NCBI GenBank assembly: GCA_963737635.1
Contig: CAVTTL010000001.1
Coordinates: forward strand, 1,920,001-1,984,000
Reading direction: 5' to 3'
Source: an uncultured Methanoregulaceae archaeon
GTDB lineage: Archaea; Halobacteriota; Methanomicrobia; Methanomicrobiales; Methanospirillaceae
DNA: 64,000 nucleotides
Each line of letters begins with the position of its first letter. Position 1 is the stretch's first letter. The translations under genes were made by a program, and so were the position numbers. This document shows positions 19,459 to 29,838 of the stretch, in pieces. The notes beneath the pieces were generated by a model that saw only the letters and a list, made by a program, of their open reading frames with translations, was not told the origin of the DNA and did no database searches.

Positions 19459-20172
19459 GTGATTCCGATCCCTGACGGCCAGGTAGCACGCAAACAACTG
19501 CATTTTTTCTGGCTTGCTGACTGCTCCGACTCGATGAGGGGAAAGAAGATTGCAACCCTTAACCAAGCTATCCGGGAGGCATTGCCTGAAATTCAGAAAG
19601 CAGTCGCCGCATACCCACAAGTTGATATCCGGATGCGGGCAATAAAATTCTCCAACGATGCGGCATGGCACGTCGGCCCGGACCCAGTCCCGTTAAGTGA
19701 ATTTACCTGGCCCGAGCTGGAAACCAGCGGCCTGACTGCGACCGCAAAAGCTATCAGGCTTCTGACCGAAGAACTCAGCATCGAGCGCATGCCTCGCCGG
19801 GGACTCCCGCCGGTCTGCATCCTTATCTCTGATGGTTTCTGCACCGATCCCCGGGAAGAATATGACGCCGCTATTGCAGAACTCGGGAAGATCCCGTGGG
19901 GTATCAAAGCGGTCAGGCTTGCCATTGCTATCGGCGATGAATCCGATTACAATGCACCCGAACTGCTCAAGTTCACCAATCAGGAATCAGTCGGCCTTCT
20001 CAAGGCACATTCCCCCGAGGAACTGGTCGCGTATATCAAGTGGGCTTCGGTCAGTGCATCGGTTGCATCCTCCCGGGGACGGAGCCGGGGCGTTCCGGCC
20101 GGGGACGATATATCCAATGTTGCCCTCGATTCCCCGCCGCAGATGATTACTTCCAACACCGATCTGTTCTAG
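19459..20172 (+). CDS. TerY-like von Willebrand factor A domain protein
   Basis: MIDAS DCSDSM, P.CILISDG..TD, RLAIAIG, YIKWASVS; start codon uncertain. Confidence 0.88.
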   Translation: MIPIPDGQVARKQLHFFWLADCSDSMRGKKIATLNQAIREALPEIQKAVAAYPQVDIRMRAIKFSNDAAWHVGPDPVPLSEFTWPELETSGLTATAKAIRLLTEELSIERMPRRGLPPVCILISDGFCTDPREEYDAAIAELGKIPWGIKAVRLAIAIGDESDYNAPELLKFTNQESVGLLKAHSPEELVAYIKWASVSASVASSRGRSRGVPAGDDISNVALDSPPQMITSNTDLF

Positions 20173-20179
20173 CACGATC

Positions 20180-21097
20180 ATGCCTTTGCCGGAAGAGTTC
20201 TCCTGTACCTGCGATACCGGCCTTGGCTGGGCATTCGGGTGCAGCAGGACCGGCGCAGCGCACCTTCGGGCTGGCCGGCCCTGCGAAGACGCGTACACGC
20301 TCTGGAGCGGATCTGCCGGGGCTGAGCCCTGCATTGCATGTGCTGTCGCTGACGGCCATGGCGACCCCCGCCACGACCGGAGCAGGACCGGTGCTGCGCT
20401 TGCGGTGGACGCTGCCATCGGTGAACTGGTCGCCTTCCACCGGTCCTATGCTGACGGGAATATCCCCCGGCAGCAGTTCCGTGCCGGTTTCAAGACCGAT
20501 TTTCCCCGCCTTGTCACCCGGCGCTGGCGGGAGCTGGTCATTCGGGACGTTAACCGGCAGGAAAATATACCTTTTTCGAGCCAGCAGGCACCCGGGACAG
20601 AACAGGTATTCACCCGGTACGGGACGACACTCCTCGCCGCACTCGTCGTCAATGATGGTATACTTCTTGGCCAGATCGGCGACGGCGACCTCCTGCTGGT
20701 AAGGCCCGGCGGCAGTATCGAGGCCCCTCTGCCCCGGGACCCGGTTATAGCAGGAAATGAGACGCATTCGCTCTCGTCTGCAGACGCCCACCTGCTCTGG
20801 CGGACGGCAACCATTGACCGGGAGGATGGAGGTATCCTTCTCGGGGCAACCGACGGCATCTCTGATTCATTCAATGGATCCGAGAGCGAGGAATTTTCTG
20901 TCTTTGTCCGTAGTCTTGCCGATCGCATCCGCACCTACGGTACCGAAGCTGTTGCCGCGGCTATGGGCGGATGGCTCGACCGTTTCTCGGCGATTGCAAG
21001 CGGCGACGATATGACGCTTGTCTGGGCCTGTATCAGACCAGAAGACCTATGGCAAAAGGATAAAGGTACACTTCTGGATCCAGAGAAGGGGTGGTAA
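20180..21097 (+). CDS. PP2C-like (PP2C_2) protein phosphatase
   Basis: G.AH....PCED, AVADGHG, YGTTLL, QIGDG, ATDG, GDDMT. Confidence 0.9.
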   Translation: MPLPEEFSCTCDTGLGWAFGCSRTGAAHLRAGRPCEDAYTLWSGSAGAEPCIACAVADGHGDPRHDRSRTGAALAVDAAIGELVAFHRSYADGNIPRQQFRAGFKTDFPRLVTRRWRELVIRDVNRQENIPFSSQQAPGTEQVFTRYGTTLLAALVVNDGILLGQIGDGDLLLVRPGGSIEAPLPRDPVIAGNETHSLSSADAHLLWRTATIDREDGGILLGATDGISDSFNGSESEEFSVFVRSLADRIRTYGTEAVAAAMGGWLDRFSAIASGDDMTLVWACIRPEDLWQKDKGTLLDPEKGW

Positions 21098-21101
21098 GCT
21101 T

Positions 21102-22451
21102 TTGCCTCTCCCCATCGGCCAGCGCCTCCATGCGAGGCAGCTCCAGACAACCCTGCAGGTGATAAAAAAAATCGGCGAAGGGACACAGGGAGAGGTTTAC
21201 CTCGTGGACGGTCCCCAGGGGTACCAGACGGTAAAATGGTATAAGCCCGAACAGGCGACGCCTGACCAGCAGGATGCAATCTCCTATCTTGTCAGGACCG
21301 GGCCGCCTTACGGTGCAGCAGGGCAACGGTTCATCTGGCCGCTCGATCTGGTCACTGCTGAGGGATCAAAACAGTTCGGGTACCTGATGGCCATGATCGA
21401 TACGCAACGATTCGCCGAGCTGGGTGAGGTCTGGGCTCATTTAAAACCGGTTCCGGGAATTGCCGCACTGTGCGAGATCTCGTACCAGCTTGCAAACAGC
21501 TACCGGGCGCTTCATCTCTCCGGCCACTGCTACCGGGATATCTCGGCTGGCAACCTGATGTTTGATCCGAAAACCGGTGACGTTCTCATCTGTGACAACG
21601 ACAATGTCGGTGTCAACCGCCAGTCCCCTTCCCAAGTCTGGGGAACTCTCGAATACATGGCTCCGGAACTGATCCGGGAAGAGAGCGATCCGTCGACTGA
21701 GACCGATCTCCATGCGCTTGCCGTCCTTCTCTTCTATCTCTGGGTCTGGCACCACCCCCTTCACGGCGAGATGGAATACCGGTACCACTGCTGGGACATC
21801 CCGGCCAAGAAACAGGTCTACGGGATCGCTCCGGTCTTTGTATTTGATCCCGGTAACCCGGCAAACCAGCTGCCCAACGACCCGGATTATGCGATTGCAC
21901 GCGACCGCTGGGAGATTTGCCCCCCCGAACTCAAAGTGATGTTCATCCGGGCTTTTACCGAGGGTCTTGGAAATCCGGGCCGAAGAATCACCGAGGGTGA
22001 GTGGCAGAACCTCTTTGTCTCCCTTAAGGACCGCCTGGTGCCCTGCCCGCGGTGTCGGGCGGAAAATGTGATTGCAGAGGGCCAGTCGAATCTTACCTGC
22101 TGGCACTGCCACAGCACTATTCCTCCGACACCTTTTCTGGCAGTCCGCCGCCCGGGGGGGAATTCCCGCCTTGCGCTTTCGCTGGGCGCGACGATCCGGT
22201 CTCTTCATATCACTCCGGGGGCAGGCCAGGATAACGGGACCCAGGAGATCGGCAGGGTCGTGCCCCACCCATCCATCCCGGGCGCTGCCGGGATACGGAA
22301 TCTTTCCGGCAGTACCTGGAAGGTGACGTTTCCCGATGGCACAACAGCCGATGTATCTCCGGGACGGGCCGTACCTCTCAATCCGAAAACTTCCATAACC
22401 ATTGACGGCATATCCTGTACCATCATGCCGCCATCCGGGGAACTGCCATGA
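21102..22451 (+). CDS. Ser/Thr protein kinase with C-terminal zinc ribbon (TerY-P type)
   Basis: GEGTQGEVY, VKWY, YRDISAGN, CDNDN, YMAPE, HHPLHG; CPRC..CWHC; probable TTG start after a GGGGTGG RBS. Confidence 0.9.
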   Translation: MPLPIGQRLHARQLQTTLQVIKKIGEGTQGEVYLVDGPQGYQTVKWYKPEQATPDQQDAISYLVRTGPPYGAAGQRFIWPLDLVTAEGSKQFGYLMAMIDTQRFAELGEVWAHLKPVPGIAALCEISYQLANSYRALHLSGHCYRDISAGNLMFDPKTGDVLICDNDNVGVNRQSPSQVWGTLEYMAPELIREESDPSTETDLHALAVLLFYLWVWHHPLHGEMEYRYHCWDIPAKKQVYGIAPVFVFDPGNPANQLPNDPDYAIARDRWEICPPELKVMFIRAFTEGLGNPGRRITEGEWQNLFVSLKDRLVPCPRCRAENVIAEGQSNLTCWHCHSTIPPTPFLAVRRPGGNSRLALSLGATIRSLHITPGAGQDNGTQEIGRVVPHPSIPGAAGIRNLSGSTWKVTFPDGTTADVSPGRAVPLNPKTSITIDGISCTIMPPSGELP

Positions 22452-23284
22452 ACGATACCGCAAGGACTGTCCTCACACATCTCGTGGCCAGGCATGGGGT
22501 CTCTCTGACTCACGACCCGAACCGGTGTGAGGGGCTGCTCCGCGATACCTGCCCGGAGTGCAACCGCGAGATCTTCGTCCTCACCCATGCGGTGCGCCAG
22601 CACGTGACCGACGATCTCCTCTCACCCCGCCACACACTTCCCCTTGCACTGACCGAGGCTTTTCTGGTCAAGCGGCTGGAAGATGAGCTGGGTTTTTCCG
22701 GCGAAGCGGCACGGTGGGCGGTAACCAGCTGGGCAGAAGCCCTTGGCCGTGCTGACCCAGCCCCGACGCAGGCCAGAACAGAAGAACGGGCTCCCCCGAT
22801 ATCGATGCCACAGATGACAGAATCCGGCGATTCGCGCACAATGGGCAGAGAACCTCATCCGTGCGACGCGTTCTGTCCGGCTTGGTATCATTGCAAACCT
22901 TGTAGGTACCCGGATCCCGGGAATATCCGGTTGCTCATCAGCGCTCTCGAAAACGATGACTGGGCAGTACGGAGTGCGGCATTCGACGCCCTTGCCAATC
23001 CAAAGACCGGAGGTTTACCTCTTCTTATTGATGCATTGCGCGAAGCAAAAGACAATCTCGCATGGCGCATCACCCTGATCCTCGGAACCCTGCATGCCCC
23101 GGACGCTGCTGCGGTCTTGCTTCCCCTGCTTGACCGGGCACCGGTTGTCCGCGATGCTGCTATCTGGTCGCTGGGTGAGATCGGGGATAAACGGGCAGTA
23201 ACACCGCTGATGAAATTGCTTAACCAAGCCGACAACCATGTCGCACGGGAAGCAGAAGAAGCGCTCAAAAAGATCGGGAACTAA
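22448..23284 (+). CDS. HEAT-repeat protein with uncharacterised N-terminal helical domain
   Basis: ATGA overlap with the kinase; HEAT/PBS repeats (VRSAAFDALA, VRDAAIWSLGEIGDKRAV); probable compensating frameshift pair at ~22830-22910. Confidence 0.8.
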   Translation: MNDTARTVLTHLVARHGVSLTHDPNRCEGLLRDTCPECNREIFVLTHAVRQHVTDDLLSPRHTLPLALTEAFLVKRLEDELGFSGEAARWAVTSWAEALGRADPAPTQARTEERAPPISMPQMTESGDSRTMGREPHPCDAFCPAWYHCKPCRYPDPGNIRLLISALENDDWAVRSAAFDALANPKTGGLPLLIDALREAKDNLAWRITLILGTLHAPDAAAVLLPLLDRAPVVRDAAIWSLGEIGDKRAVTPLMKLLNQADNHVAREAEEALKKIGN

Positions 23285-23369
23285 TAGTTCATCTGTTGCA
23301 TGGGTCCCAGATTTTGTCTTTGGAAAACAAATCGTAACGAACAAATAATCGGCTAATAATTATCATCCT

Positions 23370-23852
23370 ATGAAAATCAATGCGTCCATTATGGCCATAT
23401 TCCTGATCTTTTGTGCCATCGCTGTCGCTGGCTGTACCAGTTCGCAGTCCACGGCATCAGGCAGCACGCCAGGTACCAGCGGAACCCCAGCTCCCGGCTC
23501 CACGCTCACGACAAGCCCGACCGATGTGATGCCTGCTGATATTGCGGTCACAATCACGGTGGGTGAAAAGGATTATCTTGGTAATATCCCGGTAACGTTT
23601 GATGGAGGTCCCGGGCAGGGCAACGTACACACGATACAGGTTGTCCTGACACGGGTAGATGGATCGACTGATACAGAAACGCTCGGCTCCGACAAGGGTG
23701 ATGTGGTCAATCTTGCCGGAACGCGGGGAACCGGTAACCTTGCCGGACAATCCGATCGCGTGCAGGTCATGGTGACCATGAATAATGGACAGACGTACAC
23801 AGTGGCAGATGTCCTGAGGGAATACCGGTCCCGAGGAGAGACCGGGCAATAA
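23370..23852 (+). CDS. Putative lipoprotein / surface protein
   Basis: Signal peptide with lipobox-like VAGC, Ser/Thr/Pro-rich linker, beta-rich domain. Confidence 0.75.
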   Translation: MKINASIMAIFLIFCAIAVAGCTSSQSTASGSTPGTSGTPAPGSTLTTSPTDVMPADIAVTITVGEKDYLGNIPVTFDGGPGQGNVHTIQVVLTRVDGSTDTETLGSDKGDVVNLAGTRGTGNLAGQSDRVQVMVTMNNGQTYTVADVLREYRSRGETGQ

Positions 23853-23892
23853 ACAGTGAAGATTTTTTTTCACGTACGTGCGTACCCATGAC

Positions 23893-24972
23893 ATGCTGGT
23901 AAACTGGCGGGAGATCCCTGCTGCACGGAATTCATACGCTGTTATTGAGGCGGCGTGTGAGACCACCGGGTGGCATCTGCACCAGGTGGTACAGCCACAC
24001 GCCGACATTACCTGTTACTCGCTGAATTCGATCAACGAATGCCAGTATCGCTATGAAATCGCCGCGGCCGACTGCATCACGATTGCCGGCGGACCACATG
24101 CTACAGCTTGCTGGCGGGAAATGGTCGCATATGCGGATTATGTTATTGTTGGGGAGGGCGAATACACTCTTCCGCTTCTTCTTGCCGATCTCGAGTCCGG
24201 AGGTTGTGGTCACCTTCCCGGTGTCGCGACCGGCTCCTGGTACGAACCAGCAGTAACCACGGTCCGGCTTGATGCCTATCCTGCATTCTCCGATGTAAAG
24301 GGATACGTCGAGATCTCCCGCGGCTGCCCCTTCGCCTGCGGGTACTGCCAGACCCCGCAGATATTCGGGCACTGTATGCGGCACCGGTCGATCGATGAGA
24401 TCGCGAAGTATGCAAACCGGTACGGGCAGGCCAGATTTGTCAGTCCCAACGCGTTTGCCTATGGATCGGACGGGGTCCATCCCCGGTTCGATAAGATCGA
24501 ACATCTCCTGAAGAAAATAACCAGGGAGATTTTTTTCGGGACGTTCCCCTGTGAGGTCAGGCCCGAGTTCATCTGTGAAGAGTCACTTGATCTGGTTCTC
24601 GATTACTGTACCAATACAAAACTGCATTTTGGTGCCCAGTCGGGGAGCGATGCCGTACTTGCCCAGTTGCACCGGGGACACACAATCGCCGATGCGATCC
24701 ACGCGGCGGAACTGTGTTCTGATGCCGGGATTACACCAATAATCGATTTCATTGTCGGGTTCCCGTTTGAGACTGATGATGAACAGCAAAAAACGGTCTC
24801 CGCTATCCGGGAACTGGCACGGATTGGGAAAATTCATGTCCACCAGTTCATTCCTCTCCCCGGCACGGAGCTCGTCGGGACCTGCGCGCGATCACTCCTC
24901 TCCGAGACCAAAAAAACCTGCGGAGAACTCGCTCTCGGCGGAAAACTGACGGGCTCATGGATCCGGTCCTGA
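23893..24972 (+). CDS. B12-binding-like / radical SAM protein (MJ1487 / TIGR04013-like)
   Basis: GGPHAT, VGEGE, EISRGCPFACGYCQ, SPNAFAYGS, GTFPCEVRPE, GAQSGSD. Confidence 0.85.
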   Translation: MLVNWREIPAARNSYAVIEAACETTGWHLHQVVQPHADITCYSLNSINECQYRYEIAAADCITIAGGPHATACWREMVAYADYVIVGEGEYTLPLLLADLESGGCGHLPGVATGSWYEPAVTTVRLDAYPAFSDVKGYVEISRGCPFACGYCQTPQIFGHCMRHRSIDEIAKYANRYGQARFVSPNAFAYGSDGVHPRFDKIEHLLKKITREIFFGTFPCEVRPEFICEESLDLVLDYCTNTKLHFGAQSGSDAVLAQLHRGHTIADAIHAAELCSDAGITPIIDFIVGFPFETDDEQQKTVSAIRELARIGKIHVHQFIPLPGTELVGTCARSLLSETKKTCGELALGGKLTGSWIRS

Positions 24973-24997
24973 TCGCTGACTGACCGGGGTATATATA

Positions 24998-25572
24998 TCA
25001 CAGGATATAGGGAATCAGGGCTTTTACTTCTCGCTTGAACTGGATATATTCCTCGCCGAACTTCTCGTGCAGGATCTCCTCTTCTGCCTTTATTTTCAAC
25101 CACAGTCCGATACCTATGATACCGACTACGACAAACGCCAGCAGTTCGCCAATGGCAATCGCAGCCCCTACGAATGCTGCAAGCATTCCCGTATACATCG
25201 GATTGCGAATGATCCGGTACGGGCCGGTCCTGATGAGATGGTGGCCGGTTTTGACCATCACCATGCTGCTCCAGAATTTCCCGAGGTCAATTCGTGCCCA
25301 GGCAGCGAACGCGAGGCCGGCAGTGGTTATTATAATGCCCGTCACTTGGGTCAGCATAGTGTCGGGAACGACTCGAAGGATAAGGAAGCCGGGCTCGAAT
25401 CGCCGGATTACAATAATTGCGATAATTGCAAGGATAAAAAGCAAAACAGATCGCTGGATATACCATTTTGAAATCTGCTCGGCCTTTCCGCCGTAGAAAA
25501 AACCGAGTGAAAAGATAAACACAAAAAAAAAACGATCCATTCACCGGCGATTATGTAAAGCGCAGTATCCAT
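24998..25572 (-). CDS. Isoprenylcysteine carboxyl methyltransferase (ICMT/PEMT) family membrane protein; frameshift at the A10 tract ~25525
   Basis: WARIDLGKFWS, HHLIRTGPYRIIRNPMYTG, EEEILHEKFGEEY; an upstream ATG at 25572 is out of frame across the homopolymer. Confidence 0.82.
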
Positions 25573-25792
25573 AATGTTTCCCTTTTAATGCATTTCACCG
25601 CGAGACGAATTAAATATGTCTGTAGGCGGAAAAACCCCGTGGCTCCGGGATATGCTCACCCACCTGTCAGTAATAAAGAAGTTGTTGGCCAGACATTTGA
25701 ATTACGAATATTTCATAACAATAGACAGGAAAATATTTCCAATTAATATTGGTTAATGTCCGGCGGGGTAACACCGGGCGGAGTGCGATATC

Positions 25793-27478
25793 GTGTGGAC
25801 GCCTGATTTGAGAACCCTTTTCCTTGTCCTCTTTCTCGTCAACGTCTTTCTCACGCTGATGCTCTTTTCCTTCTGGAAGACCCAGAAGACCTATCGCGGA
25901 TTCAAGACATGGATGCTCAGCCTGCTGGTCATATCCTGCGGGTATTTTCTGTACATGCTCAGCGGATCCGTGCCTGTTCTGCTCTCTACCATTGTAGGAG
26001 ATCTTTTGATCCCGCTCTCGGTCATGATGCGGCTTGACAGTACCAGGAAGTATTTCTTGTCACGGGCGCTCTCCCCGACAATCTACAGCACCCTTATTCC
26101 GTCCGCTCTTCTGCTCCTCTATTTTACGTACCGTATAGAGTCAGAGGTCAGCCGTGGTGTGATTATAGGGCTGCTCATTGTTCCCTGCTTTCTTACAACC
26201 TCTTTCATCGCGGTACGATTCCGGGAACCGGAAACCAGGTCGCTCAGGTACGGCTTTGCCGCGGCTCAGCTCGTTACGGCACTTTTCTGGACCGTGATAA
26301 TCGTTAGAGCGATTATCACCCCCGGGGATCACTCTCTTTCAGGCCCAGACCCCATAAATCCCATCTTTTTTACCGTCACTATCCTCATGGATATCGTCGC
26401 CACGGTTTTCTTCCTGTTACTCAATATGGCCCGGTCCCAGACAGAACTCCGGCAAAGTGAGGAGCGGTACCGTAACCTTGCAGATAACCTCCCTGACTAT
26501 ATTCTCATCCATGATGGGGAGTTCATCCGGTATGCCAACCCGGAAGTGGCCCGCCTCATGGGATTGTCACAGGAAGCCCTTATTGGACAATCGATCGATT
26601 CCAACCTGACTGCTACGAGCGCCGGCGGCGCTTCGCGGGATTTTATCAATGCAATCCATAGCGGAGATGCCGCGGCTCCTCTCCACGAGCTTGATGTCCG
26701 GCTCAGGGACGACACCGTCAGGCACTGTATAGTCAAGACGGTGGCGATCAATGACCGGGGTGAACCGGCATTCCTTTCTGTGATCACCGATATCACCGAG
26801 CGGAAGGCAGCAGGGGACGCACTCTCCCGGGCAAATAAAAAGCTCACCATTCTCTCGTCAATAACCCGACATGACATCAAGAACCAGCTCCTTGCCCTCA
26901 CAGAATATCTCGAACTATCAAAAGAAACCCTGGACCGTGTCTCGGTCACCTCGGCATACCTTGAAAAAGAGATGAGTATTGCTAAAACAATCGAAAGCCA
27001 GATCGACTTCACGAAGGCCTACGAAGATATGGGAGAAACGGCACCTGTCTGGCAGAAGATCGGTGAGAGCGTCCAGCGGGCGACTGCCGCTCTTCCCATG
27101 AGGGACGTACGGGTGGAGGTTGACCGGACGGACCTGTCGGTTTATGCTGACCCATTGTTCGAGAAGGTCTTCTATAACCTGATCGACAATGCCCTGAAAT
27201 ATGGCGGTGAGGCAATGACGACTATCCGCATTGCATCATATGAAACCGGCGCGGGGCTCGTGATCGCCTGCGAGGATGACGGGGCCGGGATCACTGGCGA
27301 GGATAAAATACACCTATTCGAGCAGGGCTACGGGAAACATACCGGTCTTGGCCTTTTCCTCTCCCGCGAGATCCTCTCGATTACCGGTATAACTATCACA
27401 GAGACAGGTGAGCCGGGGAAAGGGGCACGTTTCGAGATAGTTGTGCCAAAAGGGACGTACCGGCTCTCCGGTGTATAG
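25793..27478 (+). CDS. Membrane-bound PAS sensor histidine kinase
   Basis: About seven N-terminal TM helices, PAS, ITRHDIKNQL H-box, NLIDNA, DDGAGI, GLGLFL. Confidence 0.92.
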   Translation: MWTPDLRTLFLVLFLVNVFLTLMLFSFWKTQKTYRGFKTWMLSLLVISCGYFLYMLSGSVPVLLSTIVGDLLIPLSVMMRLDSTRKYFLSRALSPTIYSTLIPSALLLLYFTYRIESEVSRGVIIGLLIVPCFLTTSFIAVRFREPETRSLRYGFAAAQLVTALFWTVIIVRAIITPGDHSLSGPDPINPIFFTVTILMDIVATVFFLLLNMARSQTELRQSEERYRNLADNLPDYILIHDGEFIRYANPEVARLMGLSQEALIGQSIDSNLTATSAGGASRDFINAIHSGDAAAPLHELDVRLRDDTVRHCIVKTVAINDRGEPAFLSVITDITERKAAGDALSRANKKLTILSSITRHDIKNQLLALTEYLELSKETLDRVSVTSAYLEKEMSIAKTIESQIDFTKAYEDMGETAPVWQKIGESVQRATAALPMRDVRVEVDRTDLSVYADPLFEKVFYNLIDNALKYGGEAMTTIRIASYETGAGLVIACEDDGAGITGEDKIHLFEQGYGKHTGLGLFLSREILSITGITITETGEPGKGARFEIVVPKGTYRLSGV

Positions 27479-27723
27479 GGGATGATAAGCGACTCCTGGG
27501 CGAATTCTATTGGCATCCATATCGTAATATGATATCCACGCTTTTGCATGGCGTGCGCGGTGATATTCCCCGTTTACGCCCATAAAATCCCTAAAAATGG
27601 TATCTTACGACGATACTATGAGTATCCAGCATGGATAGGAAAGAACACGCCAAAATTCACGTCTGTTCTCTTCCTGTTAACCGGGCGGTAAGGTTTTTTA
27701 GACGGCATTTGAAATGATATATC

Positions 27724-28365
27724 ATGAAAGATGTGCTTTTGATAGCAGATCTCCATGGTCAATTCGGTAAAATTGATTCATTTCTGGAACTGAATCCGGA
27801 AGCTGTATTTATCGCCGGCGATATCACCAATATGGGTCCGGTGGACGCAGTTGACGATGTGCTCTCGCGCATCGATGTACCCTGTTTTGCGATACCGGGC
27901 AACTGTGACCCCAAAGAGATCCTCGATACGCTTGAACATTCAGATGCAGTCTGTCTCCACGGAGCCCAGATCAATTTAGGATCCATGTCGATTGTTGGTG
28001 TTGGCGGTTCCAACCCCACACCGTTTAATACCCCCTTTGAGCTGACCGATAAACAGATCGATGACGTGCTTCACCAGGGAATGGCAAAAATGGAGAGGAC
28101 TGTCCACAACATCCTTGTCTGCCATGCCCCTCCGTACGAGACGCTCGATCTTGTCAACGGCGAGCGCGTGGGCAGCCAGAGCATCCGACGTCATATAAAT
28201 GACTTCGATCTGGTCTGTTGCGCTCATATTCATGAACAGCGGGGCGTTACGGATGTCAATGGGGTAAAAATCATAAACCCCGGTCCCGCAATGGACGGCT
28301 ACTGTGCCATGCTCCATTTCGGGAACGAAGCAAAAGACATCAAGGTCGAACTGCTCACTGTTTAG
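27724..28365 (+). CDS. Metallophosphoesterase (Icc-like)
   Basis: DLHG, GD, GNCD, HAPP, HIHE. Confidence 0.9.
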   Translation: MKDVLLIADLHGQFGKIDSFLELNPEAVFIAGDITNMGPVDAVDDVLSRIDVPCFAIPGNCDPKEILDTLEHSDAVCLHGAQINLGSMSIVGVGGSNPTPFNTPFELTDKQIDDVLHQGMAKMERTVHNILVCHAPPYETLDLVNGERVGSQSIRRHINDFDLVCCAHIHEQRGVTDVNGVKIINPGPAMDGYCAMLHFGNEAKDIKVELLTV

Positions 28366-28882
28366 CCAGGAGTAATTCGAGATATGAGGCGAGTATCGGC
28401 TCGCCGGTAATTCCCATCTCTTTTGCAAATTTGATAATTTTCCCGGTTGCATCGGTACTCGTGTTTTCTGCCATGATCTCTATTTCGACAAAGGTGCCGA
28501 GGCCTTCCACGAGATCCAGTGCAAACGAGGCGTCTTCAAGCCGGTAATTCTCCCGCCATTTGTTGACCTCGGTTACCTTTTTGAACCCGAGCCGATCGAG
28601 GATCTGTTCGAAAACTTCCCCGGATTCTACCGTCGTATTGAGCTCTTCACGTGCCTTTAGCCCAAGCTCGCGAAGCTTCTTTCCTTTATAGGTGATGAGT
28701 GCAGGGCCGTTGGTGTACCGTACTCGAAGGGCCTCATCTGTGGACCCGAAATCGCGGTGGGGAGCGTTGTAATAAATATCATGTTCGTGTTGTTTTCCAA
28801 GAAACTCCGCATGTCGGGCAAGAAGGTTCTGCCGGATAGGTTCGAGGGAATCTACCCGTACTTTAAGTTCTATTTCGAGCAT
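28355..28882 (-). CDS. cyaB: Class IV adenylate cyclase / CYTH domain protein
   Basis: EIELK, DIYY, ALRVR, TYKG, REE, LGTFVEIE, SYLELL. Confidence 0.9.
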   Translation of the reverse strand: MLEIELKVRVDSLEPIRQNLLARHAEFLGKQHEHDIYYNAPHRDFGSTDEALRVRYTNGPALITYKGKKLRELGLKAREELNTTVESGEVFEQILDRLGFKKVTEVNKWRENYRLEDASFALDLVEGLGTFVEIEIMAENTSTDATGKIIKFAKEMGITGEPILASYLELLLAKQ

Positions 28883-28938
28883 TATCGTGCCACACTTTTA
28901 TCTGTCATTGTTGCGATTTAATATAGTCAGGTGAAGTT

Positions 28939-29616
28939 ATGGGAATAAAGGAAGGAGATTTTGTTAAACTCAGTTATACAGGAACCGCAAACGGTATCGT
29001 TTTCGATACCACTGATGAAGACGAAGCAAAGAAGGCCGATATCCACAGCACAGCAGCGATCTACGGCCCTGTTACCATCTGCGTCGGCCAGAAGCATGTT
29101 ATTACCGGCCTCGATGAAGAACTGGTCGGTAAGGATGCCGGCACCGAAGCCGATGTCATCGTTCCGCCGGAGAAGGCCTTTGGCGAACGCGACCCCAAAA
29201 AAGTCCAGTCCTACCAGAAAAACAAGTTCAAAGACAAGCCGGTCCGCGGGATGCGCATCAATGTTGAGGATCAGGGCGAAGGTGTAGTCGTTGACGTTAT
29301 CGGTGCCCGGGTCATCGTCGATTTCAATGCACCGCTTGCCGGCCAGGAACTGACCTATCATTACAAGATCGAAGAGATCGTGACCGAACCCCTGGAGGAA
29401 CTCAAGGGAATTATCCGGCTCTATGCCGGGAAAGACATGGAAGTTACTCTTGACGATGGAAAGGCAACCATTATCCTCCCTCCCGGGATTAATTACGACC
29501 GGCGCTGGCTCCTGTGGCGTGGCCGTGTCATCCATGAAGGTTTTGAGGCGATCGATGGTATCTCTGAGATCACCCTCGTCGAGACCTATAAAAGACCAGA
29601 AAAGAAGGAAGAATAA
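28939..29616 (+). CDS. Long-type archaeal FKBP peptidyl-prolyl isomerase (SlyD-like)
   Basis: GDFVKLSYTG, FDTT, PPEKAFGERD, VDFNAPLAG. Confidence 0.92.
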   Translation: MGIKEGDFVKLSYTGTANGIVFDTTDEDEAKKADIHSTAAIYGPVTICVGQKHVITGLDEELVGKDAGTEADVIVPPEKAFGERDPKKVQSYQKNKFKDKPVRGMRINVEDQGEGVVVDVIGARVIVDFNAPLAGQELTYHYKIEEIVTEPLEELKGIIRLYAGKDMEVTLDDGKATIILPPGINYDRRWLLWRGRVIHEGFEAIDGISEITLVETYKRPEKKEE

Positions 29617-29838
29617 TCCTCTTCTGGAAAATTATTTTTTGCCTCCGGAAAAGCCGGCAGGAAATCTTTTTTATTGTTTTTGAGACTCTTTCCCCTTTTA
29701 ACCCGCATGTATGTGGCCATAAACAGGGAGTGATAATGCCAAAATGTAGTACTCTGTGGCGCAACCTGTATACGGAGGAACAGGAGCACCAGATTGGTTC
29801 ACATCAGGATTAAATAATGCAAAAGGCAAAAATATAAT

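Noticed and set aside
23893-24972. Radical SAM gene as the archaeosine lyase RaSEA
   Set aside because: Motifs fit the MJ1487-like B12/radical SAM family, and it is 8 kb from arcS in a different context.
25523-25532. A10 tract as a phase-variation switch in the ICMT-like gene
   Set aside because: Cannot be distinguished from a homopolymer error in this assembly.
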